Below are positions 25,937 through 39,853 of a DNA stretch of 64,000 nt, one piece after another. The stretch lies in the NCBI RefSeq assembly GCF_006345805.1, contig NC_042999.1, positions 40,238,001 through 40,302,000 on the forward strand, written 5' to 3'. Every line of letters begins with the position of its first letter. Positions within the stretch are counted from its first letter, which is position 1. A program made the translations under genes and the position numbers. Below the pieces are notes generated by a model. It was given only the letters and a program-made list of their open reading frames with translations. It made no database searches and was not told where the DNA came from. This DNA comes from Octopus sinensis (lineage: Eukaryota).

Positions 25937-27866
25937 AAAACATAGATAAAACTTAGATATGTTTCGACCAAAGATTGGTCCAGGCCATGTCTAACTTAAT
26001 AGCATCACCTGATAGAGTTATCTAAATCCTGTTTAAGTCAAGTTTTGTTTATGGTCCATTCAAGTAGTGAGTTTTTGTTGGGTGAGTTGTATCCAATTAT
26101 GGGTGGCTTATCTGGTATTCCTGGAAGGAATCTATCCAAACTCCGTTTAAAGTTGATGGGATCCTTTTCCTCTTTGATCTCTTTCGGGACAATGTTAAAT
26201 AGGGAAGGGCGTGTTGAGGAAAATAAATTATGTTGCAGTGTACATGTATGCTGTGATCTTGAATTGGGCAGGGGACGTACGGCCTGTGGTCCCAGTCTTG
26301 GATGAACCTTGAAGCTAATGTTCAGGTCGTTTGGGCAAAGTTGGCGGTATATTCTCCACATCGTACAAATGATGTACTGCTCACGGCGACGCTGGAGAGA
26401 GTAGAGTTTCAAGGCTTTAAGGCGGTCCAAATAATCGAGAGCAGCCATGCCTTCAATTCGTTTAGTGAGTGCCCTCTGGGGTGATTCAATCCTCGAGATG
26501 TTTTGTTTTGTATGGAGAGACCATAGTGGGCAGCAGTATTCGAGGTGTGGTCGTACAAAGGAGGAGAAAAAAGTGGTATGATGACACCTTGTTCTCTGGA
26601 CCGGAAAGTTCTTAAGATCGAGGAACTCATCCTACGAGCTATATCGACCTTCTTGTTGATGTGTGCACTCCAACTGAGATCTTCATCAACAATTACATCC
26701 AGGTCTCTGATATTGTTAGAGGCTGTGAGCGGTTCCCCCGAAGGAAGAGAGTATGGTTGTTTTAGTCAGGAATTTCTTCCAAAATACATCAGCTCAAATT
26801 TTCCCTCGTTCAGTTGTATTTTGTTTCTGTCTGCCCGTTAACTCACAGCATATAGATCAGACTGGAGTTGAGTTCGGTCTGCTTCTTCATTGATGATTTG
26901 CTGGAGCTTAGTGTCATCAGCAAATATTTTCACTTTGCAGTAATGTACGACACTGGAAAGATCGTTTATGTAAATTATAAAGAGTAGCGGGCCCAAGACA
27001 GTCCCCTGGGGGCCACCGCTGGTGACTTTTGCTGGGCTTGAGTGGACTCCATCAACTACAACATGTTGTGTTCTATTCGCCAGGAAATACTTAATCCAGT
27101 ATAGAAGTTTTCCAAGGATTCCAACATTTGCCAATTTTGAGAGTAGGATATTATGGTCAACCCTGTCGAACGCTTTACTGAAGACAAGATATATGACATC
27201 AGAGATCGAACCTGTTCCCAAGGCTTTGAGTATGTCTTCAATGTGGTGTAAGAACTGCGTTAGACAATCCCTGCCACAGCGAAAGCCATGCTGATTTGCA
27301 TTTAGGAGTTTGTGGGTCTCCAGGAAGTCAGCTATCCTTGATCTTAACACTCCTTCAAACACTTTAATGATGTGGGAGGTAAGTGAGATTGGGCGATAGT
27401 TGACTGCGAGGGATCTGCTTCTCTGTTTGAAGACCGGGATGACAGACTGGGATAGAAGCTGTTTCGGTATATAACCTGAGTCTAACGAAATTCTCCAGAG
27501 GTTGGTCAGAGGTACTGCATGTTGGTGTCTACATTCCTTCAGGAGACTAGCGGGGAATCTATCAGGACCTACAGCAGAATAGCATTTGCCTCATTTATTG
27601 CTGCTATGATGTCGGAGGCAGTGAAGGTTATGTCTGAGATTTTATGTTGGGAATCAACTTCGGTCGCTTCTCAATATCAGTGGGAACACTAAATACAGAT
27701 CAGTATTGTGTCTGCAGTATTTCTGCCATTTCTTTAGCATCGTGTTGCGGAATGCCGTTATCATCAATCAATGGCCCAATGGGTGAGACAGTAGTTCTAT
27801 GCTTATTTGCATAAGAATAGAACACTTTTGGTTTCTGTTTGATGTTTTTGATTACCCACTGTTCCT

Positions 27867-27868
<2 letters not shown>
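25937..27868 (-). mobile_element. 5'-truncated CR1-like LINE with nearly complete RT domain and 3' UTR
   Basis: RPISLTSHIIKVFE, QHGFR, FSKAFDRVDH, GGPQGTVLGPLLFIIYINDL, IFADDTKL, LKLYSLQRRRE. 3' stem-loop gaccaa-aga-ttggtc at 25966-25980. Both ends lie in (TA)n. Confidence 0.95.
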
Positions 27869-27955
<87 letters not shown>

Positions 27956-28205
27956 TATATACATATATATATACATATATATATGCATATATATATACAT
28001 ATATATATACATATACACATATATACACGTATATATACATATGTACATATATATATATACATATATACACATATAACATATATATATATATACATATATA
28101 TACATATAGGCATATATATTGATATATATATATATATGCAGATGTATACATATATATACATATCTATGTATATATATATATATATATATACATATATATG
28201 TATAA

Positions 28206-28303
<98 letters not shown>

Positions 28304-28385
28304 TGATAGATAGATAGATAGATATATAGATAGATATATAGATAGATAGATAGATACATATATACATACATACATACATAATACA
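27869..28385. repeat. Compound (TA)n/(TACA)n/(TAGA)n microsatellite
   Basis: Direct reading. Confidence 0.97.
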
Positions 28386-28399
28386 AACATACATACTAT

Positions 28400-28640
28400 A
28401 TATATTGAAGAGGAGATAAGACGTGTTGGCATGATGTATTTGCAAGGCATGATTAAACAGTGGATACAGCTTACTGACCATGTTCTTCGATTGCACAAGA
28501 CAAACATGCTACCATCATAATGGAATCGAGGCCGAAAGTAAGAGACACACTGAGTAGAAGACCATGGAAAAGTCGGTGTGTACGATCCACGACGACGTGA
28601 TAGCGTCGCATATCTGCTCGGTTGGAGCTATTTATGCGTA
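28400..28640 (+). mobile_element. Highly degenerate RTE 3' fragment
   Basis: QLTDHVLRL resembles the RTE (L)AGHVLR motif; frame is broken. Confidence 0.35.
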
Positions 28641-29416
28641 TGTAAGATTGCATGGGTTTGGAATTACGTTTATCATAACGAATGTCCCAAATAATACTCT
28701 GTATATTAATAGTTGTGAGTGAGAGTATTGTTGTGACTTGTGCAAAGACTTAGAATTAAATTAGTCAAAGTTTCATTTTATAGACAAGAAAATGGAAACA
28801 TCATCTATGAAGGAGAAACAACAACGTGAATTTGAAACCCACTGCACGCAAGTTTCACAATAAGATTATAGATTAACCAATTGTTCATCATCAGTTAATA
28901 AATGGGGCATATAATTTCATTAATGAATAATTTGCAATTCAGGAAATAAATTTAGAATAAACCTGAAGTAAAATAAATAATTCAAGATAATTGCACGACA
29001 ACTAAAATTTAGAGGGAATCTAAATCGATTTAATGATAAATGCCATCCGCTCCCATCCCAATAGTATTTCCCTTAAATTTTATTTTAAGTTACTATCATT
29101 GCATCAAAATTAAACATGGATTGCACTTTGTTAGTTCAATAATCCTCAAAGCTGATTCATCGCTTAATTTCAGAGCAAATACCGAAGCACAGCCTAATAG
29201 CACTTCCAGGAATGCATTATTGTGCACAAGTTTACATTATATGTTTGTGTGTATGCGTGTGTATATATGTAGGCGGTGCGTGTCTACCTATGTTTCTGTA
29301 TGTAGGTATACAGTTTTACCGATCAATTTATCTACTTCACTCGATCTTAATACACATCAGATTCGCAGTGAGTATTAGATAAATAGATCTGGCTTCCTAG
29401 CCTAACGAGACTATGA

Positions 29417-29458
<42 letters not shown>

Positions 29459-29952
29459 AATATGTATGCGTATGTGTGCACGCGTGCATGGGTGTGTGTT
29501 TTAGGTTTATGTTAAGGACAGGTAGAAAAAGAAGACTTTTGCGATTCGCGCGAACTCTTCTTAAAAGAATACAAAAAGGGACTAGAATGTCAAGAGTAAA
29601 GAAAACGTGAGTTTCAATCAGACTGTCACCTATATATATATAGATAGATAGACAGACAAATAGATAGATAGATAGATAGATACATGTATATAAGTGCGTG
29701 TGTATGTATGCTTGTGTGTGTGTATTTCAAATGTTAGAGAGAGAAGGAATCAATAGACGAAAAGTGGGCAAAAACTCAAGGAACAGGAAAAGGAGACAAA
29801 TCCTCGATGCTATGAACATACGGCGGTGATTTTCTCATCAGGTTCTCTCGGAGATGTCCTAGTTGTTTGCCGCTATTTCAAACCAAGACCATTCCTATCA
29901 ACAGGAGCGAATGCTTATATAAATATTCATATCTATATCTATAATATATATA

Positions 29953-30003
<51 letters not shown>

Positions 30004-30007
<4 letters not shown>

Positions 30008-30190
30008 GGGGATAATTCACGAATAGTGAAGACACGACGAAGACAGGTGGTATAGAAAACAACATATGTATTAGCATAACGCTCGAGAATTGAAAACGTC
30101 TTTAACGTTTCGAGCCTACGCTCTTCCACAGAAAGGAACTCAGAAAGAAACAGGGAGAGGAAAAAATGTGTGTTGCGGCTAACAATCTAT
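30004..30190 (-). mobile_element. Short Penelope-like terminal-repeat derivative with a minimal HHR-like motif
   Basis: Abuts (TA)n and contains the motif at 30100-30135. Confidence 0.55.
30100..30135 (-). ncRNA. Minimal hammerhead-like motif, core mutated
   Basis: CUUU CUGUGGA A GAGC GUAG GCUC GAAA CG UU AAAG: perfect 4-bp stems I and II, palindrome AACGUU, A6 replaced by U. Confidence 0.55.
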
Positions 30191-30273
30191 CATGATGAGA
30201 TGTGAGTGTATATATACATATAGACACACACGCACGTGTATATATGTATATATATATATATATACATATATAT

Positions 30274-30322
<49 letters not shown>

Positions 30323-30339
30323 TATATATATATAGAGAG

Positions 30340-30406
<67 letters not shown>

Positions 30407-31251
30407 TATGTATGTATTTAAATACGGATTACTCTCTGAAACAATCTTTAACTCTGACATGTCACTGAAAATAATGTGTTATAACAACGGATAGTTTGCT
30501 GTTATTATTTTGATGAAACCAAGTCATGACATTGATTCTACTCAGTTTAAGCAGTCTTAACGATTGACTTGACATCTGTGTCATCATGATGGTCTTCAGT
30601 TTCAAACAGGCGCGGTTTTGAGGTGAGAAGTTTGCTTCCCAACCACGTAGTTGCATTACCAGTCTCACAGCCTAGAATCCAAGGTAAGTGACTGCTACTA
30701 TACTCCAGTTTCAAACAAAGGGTTGTATGTATTTGTTAAAGAGAAACCTAAATAATCCTGCCGTATAACTCGATGGAGTAAGAGAATGTATGAAGGAGAA
30801 GGAAAATTTACACGAGAAAAATATCCAGTAAACAGATGGCGAAAGTTACTGGGGAAAGAGGATCGGAAATGTGTAAAGGGAGATAACTTTTGTTGGTTAC
30901 AGTAAGGTTTTAAAGAAAACTAAAAACACATTTTGTAGACCAGTATTAAGTGAGTGTTAGTGGGAAAAAATCATGCTAGTCTGTCGTCTGAGATTGATTT
31001 TAATGTTTGGATGTCTATTTATATATGTAAGATGAGAAAATATTAGCTCATCCTGTCTCCGTGTAGTATATTTTATTTGGACTTGTATAGGGCTGCATAA
31101 TTTTATGACTCTAAAGAAGAACGAAATAATTTATAATGCAATCTTTGCAATTTTGAGGATTGTGAGAAGAGTAATGTTCCTGAAACAAATTGTAGGAAGT
31201 TTGAAATGATTTGTTTAATAACATCCTCTGCCATTACGCAATAGAAAACAA

Positions 31252-31816
31252 GTCACCTTGATCACCTTGACCGACCAGTACGTCAGACGTCCATTTCCCA
31301 CCGCTGGTCATAGCTCGCTGTGCACTCCTCTCTGGATCGCGCCTTCCTCATCGATGTGATCCCAATCGCACTCCTAAAATCGCAACTCCACCGTCGTGGA
31401 GGCCTTCCGAGTGGTCGTTTCTGCTCGCGCGAGAACCACTCAACATCTGCGCGGGTCCACCGATTATCGATGAGCCGGGTGAGATGTCCAGCCCATCTAA
31501 ACTTGCTGCGTGTATATTCTACGATGACATCCCTCACGCAGGACTTCCCTCTGATGACCTCACTACTGATGTGCTCTCTCAACAAGATTCCAAGCATTGA
31601 CTTCTCGATGACGCTTTGAACCGTTACCAGACTCTGCTCTTCTCTCTTTGTTGTAGCCCATGTTTCACTACCATATAACATTGCAGGCAGAACTGCGCTA
31701 TTGATGAGTTTGGCGCGAGTGGTTCTGTCCAACCTTTCCTTGAACACATCCCTTATGCCATTAAACGCCTTCCATCCTGCCCTTACTCTCCACGAGATCT
31801 CCTTTTCGATATCTGG
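31252..31816 (-). mobile_element. 5'-truncated RTE-clade LINE with 14-bp TSD
   Basis: LYGSETW, RWAGH and RPLGRPPRRW in a 154-aa open frame; (tcaaggtga)2 tail; TSD gcaatagaaaacaa at 31238-31251 and 31817-31830. Confidence 0.93.
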
Positions 31817-33911
31817 GCAATAGAAAACAATTACGAAACATAACTAGCCATAAAGGTCTTACATATATATTGTAAATCTATTAAATTTTGGCGATGATTT
31901 TATGCATTTTTCCAAAGTTATTCTTTGCATTTTGTTTCTGTTTACGTTGTTGTCATTGTTGTCATTGTTGTGTATTTCTTATTGCTGTTGATGTTTTTGC
32001 ATAGTTACAGCTCCTACTCTTTTTGCCGCTCTTACACTTGATGATGACGTAGTTTTAGTTATTGATTCTGTTACTATTCTTATTGCTATTGCTGCTAATG
32101 CTGTAGATTGTGTGCATTTGTTTTTTGCCATCAATTTTTAGAAATAATAAATGTCGATTCAGCTTTTTCACGTTCAACGCTATTGCAGGCTTGCATCTCC
32201 CAGTCTTTAATTTTCAGGCATATTTCAGCTAAGACTGCAGTATCATATATGCCTCTTATTCAAGAGACTAGTACGGCGTTTGAAAGAAATCTAGCTGCTG
32301 TTTGCTGTTCGTCATTGTTTCTACTAGTAGAGATGGAGGTGGTGGGATAATAATCTCTGGAATTAATATTGGTGTTGATAATTTTTTATCATAGTGTTCT
32401 TATATTTCGCCTTGCTGTATTTTATTTCTATTCTAGTTATGTCAAACAATGTAAGGGTTAGTGATAGTATCAACAGAGTTGTTTGACATTGACCAAAAAC
32501 ATCTTTTATTCCCTCGGCAAAATTGTCAGCTCGTATTGTCGTGTTGGTGTTCTTCTGATGTTTTATAATAATGGATGCATTTTTTTTTTACTTTTGGCGT
32601 AACCTTAAGTGCCTCAGTGCCTTTCAATTGTTTATGTAGTCACTGTTGGGTTTTTTTAATAATTTCGTTTTAGCTGCTATACGGTACACAAGACTGTTGC
32701 CATAATGTTGCTGCAGGGCTTATCTTGTTTCCACTTCCGTCTTTGTTAACGGAAACCAAGAGTATCATTCAGCTACTTCGATAGAGAAGAAAAAGGAAAT
32801 TGATTACACTAATGTGAATGAAAAACTTTAGAAAAACTTTAAACTCAGCATTTATTTGGGTGTATACAAAATAATCACCGCCTCCATATTCTAAACTTTG
32901 GAAATTGAAAATTTCAACAACGAAACATAAACACTTAGAAATTAATTAAGAATTGTGCGAAAGGTTTGAGCTGTTACATCCTCAGGGAATGGCAAACATT
33001 CAACATAAGTGACAAGAAAAATTGTATAAACATTCGCCCTACCCCAACTGTGGCTTTGTTTTCCATTCTTATGATTTCAATCTATCCAAATTTAAAACCT
33101 TCGGAAGCACATTCCCCATTGAAATCCATCATTTCGTTTTTAGAAAGAGGAAGTTTGTAGAAAAACAAAAATATATTAACTTAAGGATTGCTTTACATAA
33201 AATAAGCAGTGCCACTACATTACCACTCAGACTGCTGGTAGGAGTAAACTAATTTCCCTCAATCTCACTCTACACTCTCAAAAGTAATATGCACAGGATA
33301 ATATGATTTTTATTGCAGAAAGCCTGAAACGACGACCTGATAATGAGTGTTGAACTGTATTTTAACATAGGACATTTTCATGAGACTTTAACTGGGGTTA
33401 AACAGTTATATGAAAATATAAGTTGTTTATGTTAATAAAATCATTGATATTTAAATTTGTGAAGTAATTCGATCAGTCTTTTTTCAATACCTAAGGAGAG
33501 ACAGTGACAGATCGCTTTGCTTATAATGATAATGTCATGGAGAAAGTGAAGCTCATCACGTAATCTCACCCACTCCAACAGAAACCTATATTCTTTAGAT
33601 AAATCTGTAGATTTTCTTGCTGAGAAGCAATTAGCAGGGATGTCAGTGGATAGATAGAATTGTGAAACTAAGTCAAAACATATCATGTTATCTGGGCATA
33701 TGCCTTCTCCTTTATACTCTTGCTGAGATCAACTTCGCCTTACATATTCCTGACGTCTGAAATAATGAAGTGTATTAAAAAAAACTATAGGCAATTTCAT
33801 AGAATACCATTAGTCCACTTCTTTCTGGAGATAGGATTATTGTATTTATTATTATTTTTATATAAAAACAAAAGAAAATTCTCTAACATCAGGCTACAAC
33901 AAAAAGTAAAC

Positions 33912-34990
33912 TTAGATGCCACGAACCCTTCTAAGTATACTAGCTATCCCTGTTAACACTTTCTGGAGCAATGCTAAACTGGGTTTCGTGCATATTTCCT
34001 TTATACGTCTGCTCAAACATATATGTATGGTTCCAATGCATCTATAAATACTGGGATACATTTTACCCGTACTTTACATAGTCTCTATAATTCAATGGCT
34101 GAGTCCTGGTACTTTATTATTTTTTCTATACATCATATATTGACTGTAAGTCAATCATCTGGCATTTTCTATCCTCTTCAGGTACTATTACTAAATCAGG
34201 TCTTCTAGCTTATATTACTCTGTCAGTTTGAATGCTAAAGTTACACATCTTGTATTTCTATTTTCATACCATTTATCAGCATGTTCAAATCCTAGATTTC
34301 TACTCCCATTGAATAACTACCAGTGGATAACACTCCCTAAATTGTCATGAATTTTCTTATATTCTTTCTGTGCTAGCATGTTACATTCACTTTCTATATG
34401 TGTAACACTTTTCTCTTCTGATTTACATAACCTACTCTGGGAATCTACTTGGTTTCTATCTATCTTGTCTGTTATCCAATTAGTCCTTAATGCTCGATCT
34501 TTGCTGCTGCTAACAAACTCTCTGTCCCCCTCTTCAGCTTTCTTTTCTGTAACTATAACCACGTCTCACAACTACTATTTGCTGCAGCTATCTTTGGGAA
34601 TCTACCACGGAACACTTTTTCCTGAGAGTCAGACAATTTCTGTTCATTTTTCCTGATTTTCAACTGCGTTAGAGAGTTTTTAGTTTCCCTATGCCTTATT
34701 GTGACTCTAGCAGCTTTTAATAATATCTCTATAATATTACCTACGTAAGAGTTTATATCTACTGTAGCTAACTCTACTCAGTCTTCCACTGATATTAACC
34801 CTCTTCCGCCTTCCTTTCTAGCTAAATAAAAACCTTGCTACTCCTGATCTCGTGTGGCGTCCTCCATTCATATTGAATTCCTTCCTACAGTACTACAGTA
34901 CACCTTTCCTAATTCAGTTTTTTTTTGTTTTTATTCAATCTACAAAACCTACTGAGTATCTAAATTATGATGCTGTTCATGCATTTACTG
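33912..34990 (-). mobile_element. Degenerate R4/Dong-like LINE 3' part (CCHC knuckle plus restriction-like endonuclease)
   Basis: Fragments KEGGRGLISVED, DRALRTNW..SRLCK..VTHIESECNMLAQKEYKKIHD, PDLVIVPEEDRKCQMID (PD..D motif) and LLQK..SILRRV near the C-terminus. Confidence 0.8.
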
Positions 34991-35104
34991 CTTTGACATC
35001 ATTAGCTTCCTCACACTTTCTGTCTGAGGTACTTGTGATTTGACAGATAGTTCACCCACCCTGCAGACACAATAGGTTCAATCAACAACATCACAATAAT
35101 GGAT

Positions 35105-35129
35105 ACTATGCGGTCTTAACTACTACTAC

Positions 35130-35164
<35 letters not shown>

Positions 35165-35237
35165 TTGCTGCTACTGCTGCTACTACAACTACTACTACTA
35201 CTACTACCGATGATGATGATAATAATAATGATAATAT
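35105..35237. repeat. (CTA)n/(GAT)n/(AAT)n compound microsatellite at the LINE 3' end
   Basis: Direct reading. Confidence 0.9.
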
Positions 35238-36680
35238 TAACGATTCTTTCTTTATTGGCCACCGGGCCCGAACACAAACATAAACGACGATACACAGACG
35301 GGGGACAGATATGTTAAACTTGCAAATAGCAAACAAGCACATCGATTAACAAAGAGATTAAATCAACAATATGCTTCCCAAATAGGGGGTAGATCCACCG
35401 TATTGTGACCAATGAGACCTAATGCATGTTGGGTCCCTTAACACGACCTGTTCCTCGACAATGTACCGTCACTTCTTTCCATTCGCCCTACAGACGCACA
35501 CTTACAGTTGTCCAATTCATGCAGGCCATTCTTGCTAACTTCGCTCACCTTTCAACGAACTTACTAGGTGACAGTACCTCCCTCTCCAGCCTCACTTTCC
35601 TTTTCAGATAGAACACGAGAATATTAATGCGGCCATGTCCAAAGGGGAAGGTACTCGTCTACAAACCTTTCAATCGCGTCCACCACACAGTCTGTTTTTC
35701 CATAGCCACCAATCAGAGAAACATAGCCTTCCCCTCCCTGCCAAAGGAAGAAGGCGAGGAAATCTTCACAATGGACGCGGATGATAGTCGGATTCGTGCT
35801 ACACGTCACAATATTTTTTCGACAAAGCTCCACAAATACTGATGTATTTGTAGGAGAGCATGCGGAACGGTTTAATCTCTCCACCTCACTGACTGTACAC
35901 CCGTACCTGTAGAGCTCATCTTGAACCGGTAGGTCCCCACCCCACGAGAGCACTGTGAGTCCAGGGATTACTGGAAGTTATCCACAGTTCCTGGCCCAAA
36001 AGTTCCCCGAAAAAGACCAGCCTGTTGATCTCCCTTGATTCTCAGGACTTCTCCGGGTAGGTCGTCTCTCTTGCTCTCCTCTATAAAACTTCATTCTGAA
36101 ACTTCCACCAACTCCATTGCCCGAATGACCGAGGACTGTGAGCGCTTAGAGACACTCTAGGTGCCAAGTACCCTGACTCGATCTACGCCTGATCCAGGAC
36201 TGTACTGCAGGCAAGGGGACGAGTTGAGGAAAAGAGTGTTCAACAAAACGGTGACCACACCTACTCACAGTTACGGTACCACTGGTGATGTCGCAGCCTG
36301 AGTGTATGTATGTGCATCCACATCCACGGCATGTCCAGTCCTCCACTCAACGGGTGCTAACAACATAATAGACCGTCTGACAAGCGAGGAAGCAGATGAG
36401 TAAACGCACCATCCCGTTCTGCCACAAAGCGGGGTCAAGGGACGACAGTCAGTCGGTAACATATGACGGAAGCGATGTACACATTCGCCACCTCTGCCCG
36501 ACCGTTCAAGGACAACTTCCTCTGGGCCCATTCTGGTTGAGACTGGCATCCCTGTCTATTACCTCGCCCCAGCTCTTGTCCACTTGGAAATCAGAACCTA
36601 ACCAGACCCAGAACCCCACAACGCTGTCGGTTGGCAAGGGGCCTGCCCCTCCAGGTGCCGGGCTGGAGGCGCACTGACTT
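35238..36680 (-). mobile_element. 5'-truncated L1/Tx1-clade LINE, post-RT part of ORF2 plus 3' UTR
   Basis: Frameshifted peptides GFWVWLGSDFQVDKSWGEV, LVRRSI, FPQLVPL..WHLEC, FRGTFGPG, LPVQDELYRYG, VWWTRLKG, YLKRKVRLERE; aataaa near the 3' end. Confidence 0.75.
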
Positions 36681-37399
36681 CTGTTCCTTACAGTTATACC
36701 TAGCCACACACAATTATAACTCTCCAAATTTAAGTGTGTGTGTGTGAGTGTGTGTGTGTATGTGTGCGTGCGGGAACATAAGTACGTATGTATGAAAGTA
36801 TATGCATAAAAGCGTGAATCTGGTTCACTGCCTTCATTTGATTTTTTCATTGGTGGCTATAGCACTTGACGCATTTACTACGTTCTTACAGTTATTTATT
36901 GCAGACGATATACGAAATCGTACATATATGAACGATTTTCATATACTAACATAATTATTTTGGACTTGTGCTTCTGTAATAAAATGATCAATATTAATGT
37001 TGTTAGTAAACACAGCCAGAAGATGATAAAATAATTCAGAAATACATAATTTGCCTTGCATAACTAACGGTTGGTGCCATATATATATGTATATATATAT
37101 ATAAATTATTGACTAGTACACTTAATTACTATTTATTTTCAATATCAAAATCCTATTTTGTTCCTTACAATACGTTAAACATCAATTGCATTTGTTTACA
37201 AATCATTTTTTTAAAATAAAGATTAGTTATGGGGAACAATATACAATGATTTAATTTCGTCTGCATATACGTATACATATGATATATAGGAACGTGTGTG
37301 TACACACATTAATACACGTATATATGTGTTTCTGTAGATATGCATATGTGTATATGCCTACAGTTATCAATATATGCTTATATAGATTAATATATACCA

Positions 37400-37453
<54 letters not shown>

Positions 37454-37548
37454 GAGACAGACAGACAGACAGAGACAGAGAAACTGAAGGAGATAGAGAC
37501 ACATATATTTACATAGCGTATATAAATGCGCTTATATATTTATATATT

Positions 37549-37603
<55 letters not shown>

Positions 37604-37648
37604 ATATATATATATGTGTGTATGTATATATAATATATGTATATATAT

Positions 37649-37745
<97 letters not shown>

Positions 37746-38362
37746 ATGTAAGTATGTATGTGTGCGTGTAGAGAGAGACAGACTGAGAAATTCAGAGTGA
37801 GGCATACATACACATGTATCCATATATACTTACGTATTTAGAGCGAATGTGAAACAGAGATAAAGGAAATGAGAGACAGAAGCTTATAAGCACATATGTG
37901 GAAGGGGTATACGCTATTTCATAATGTTTTTTTTTCCTTCCTTTAATAGGAAGATACATTGATTTGGTCGACTAAGCAGAACGGTAGATGTAATTGTTGA
38001 GGCATATAGTAAAATATATAGTGGATTAGCTTGGCTCTTACAATGTTCCGTTTTCGGATTCTTTATAAGATTAGTATTAGAAATCAAGTTTTCAAAGAAC
38101 TACTCATGTTTGCTAGGTTTTTCGGTCTTAAATGTATATGTTAGTGTATCTATGTTTGTGTTTATTATATGAATGTATGCGTATGTGTAATATGTGTCCG
38201 TGTGGATGTTTTGTGTTCCCGTGTGTATATACGCGTATTTATGTCATTTGTATATCTATATATGTATAACCAACAATGATTTTGTATTTTGTATTTCATA
38301 TATTTTTTATTAATTGTGTATTTGTTTGTATGGACATTACATGTATGTTTCATTGTTTGTGC

Positions 38363-38631
38363 TTATGTCGGTATCTCTGACAGTACATGTCCGTTGTTTT
38401 TATTGTTGTTTCCGGATTTGTTACTAACAATAATGCTATTGTATCTACTGCCAACCTCTATTTCCGTCATCATTCGTTGTTGTTTATGTTCCCGTGTTGG
38501 CATTGTTGTTGTTATTGATATTACTGATAAACTTGGTAGTGCTGCATTTATGGTGTTTCTAGAAAATTTCCTGTCTTGATATTTATATTTTCTTACTTTT
38601 CTGAGGATGGGCATTTCATATAGCCTCTCTT
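38363..38631 (-). CDS. Candidate terminal coding exon of an unidentified minus-strand gene
   Basis: Pyrimidine tract ttcttcttgttgttacaag| followed by ~89 open codons (ERLYEMPILRKVRKYKYQDRKFSRN..SEIPT*) of non-repeat composition. No homology recognised. An internal GTAAGA donor near 38596 would instead make it a short internal exon. Confidence 0.35.
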
Positions 38632-39418
38632 CTTGTAACAACAAGAAGAACATGTGTATATGTATATGTATATGATATATAACGACACTACATATAAACG
38701 TATACATAAGTAGAAAGACACATACACATATGCACATACATATATATAATTCTTTCTGTTGGACGGTGAAACTTGAAGTAGATTAAACTATGAATAATAG
38801 CGTGTAGATATTGGCTAAAAATCCTATGGATGAAAAAAATCTCGTAGCTTATATATATAAATCTGTGTGTCTTTGTGTGTGTGTGTATGTGTGTGTACGT
38901 GTGCGTTCGCGTGTGTGTTTATGTGTGTAAATACACAGGCATAGGACATATATAAATACGTATAACAGTGAATATGCGTTTGCGAATTGAGAAGACAATC
39001 CGCGTGATTCGAGCTGCTGTATCAATATTCCTCGAAATTTGTGTACGTAAAATGTTGAAAAGTTATTTGCGCAGTAGCCCATCAGAAATGTAATAACCAG
39101 CTTGAATTGTAAAAAGCATAAGTAGATCAGCTTAATGAAGACTCAGGATATATTCTAGTTGTAAATTAGAATTTGTTTTGTCGTGAGCGAATTTTTAGCT
39201 ATTAAGGAGGCATTTGGAGGAAGAAAATGGATGATGTAAGGTTTGAGAAAATCCATGTGAGTATGGAGTGTATGCTTGGTGGAGGTGCTTATCTCCCCTT
39301 TGTAAACATAGGGACACAGGAAATGTGTCAAGGCCAAAGGCAACGGTACTTCCTGTGGTTAAATAGAAGTAGCATTCTTCCCCTTTATGGGACTGTCATA
39401 CCATCACTTTATATATAT

Positions 39419-39853
39419 ACTAGCAGTATCGCCCGGCATTGCTCGGGTTTGTAAGGGAAATAACTATATAAGCATTTTTAGAGAGTTATAGCCAAAAAAT
39501 AGCAAAAAAATGCATTAAAAATGGAAAACAAATGATGGTAAATTTTTAAAAATCGTTGACTCATCGTAGACATTTTTAGAGAGTTACTTCCCTTATATAA
39601 TAGCGAAAAAATGCATTAAAATGGAAAAAATGCATTAAAATGGAAAAAAATGCATTAAAATGAAAAAAAATGATGGTAATTTTTTTTTAATCGTAGACTC
39701 ATCGTAGACGCGCGCTAATATCCAGAAGGGCTCGATATGAATCACGACTATAAGATACTCGGTTTTGGTTAAACTGCACCGCAAAATGTGGGAGTAGTTA
39801 GGAATCTAAATCGTAGGAGACAGACACACAACTTCTCTTTTATATATAAAGAT
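39419..39853 (+). mobile_element. Non-autonomous Helitron/Helentron-type element
   Basis: Starts actagcagtatcgcccggcattgctcggg, has an internal aaaaatgcattaaaatgg tandem and ends ctcttttatatataaagat. Confidence 0.65.

Noticed and set aside
25955-25992. Hammerhead-like CTG-GACCAA..TTGGTC-GAAAC at the CR1-like 3' end
   Set aside because: The ANGA of the core is absent and there is no UH triplet or stem I; a LINE 3' stem-loop explains it better.
27700-28507. Long YI/YV-repeat ORFs here and at many other (TA)n, (CA)n and (TATC)n tracts
   Set aside because: These are stop-free frames of simple repeats with no protein signal.
32745-32800. Strong minus-strand acceptor followed by LNDTLGFR* and UTR-like sequence
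   Set aside because: Only 8 codons; cannot be distinguished from a chance pyrimidine tract.
35624-35953. Initially read as a LINE ORF1 fused to the 3' end (internally deleted element)
   Set aside because: Frame-by-frame reading shows it is the frameshifted C-terminal part of Tx1-type ORF2.
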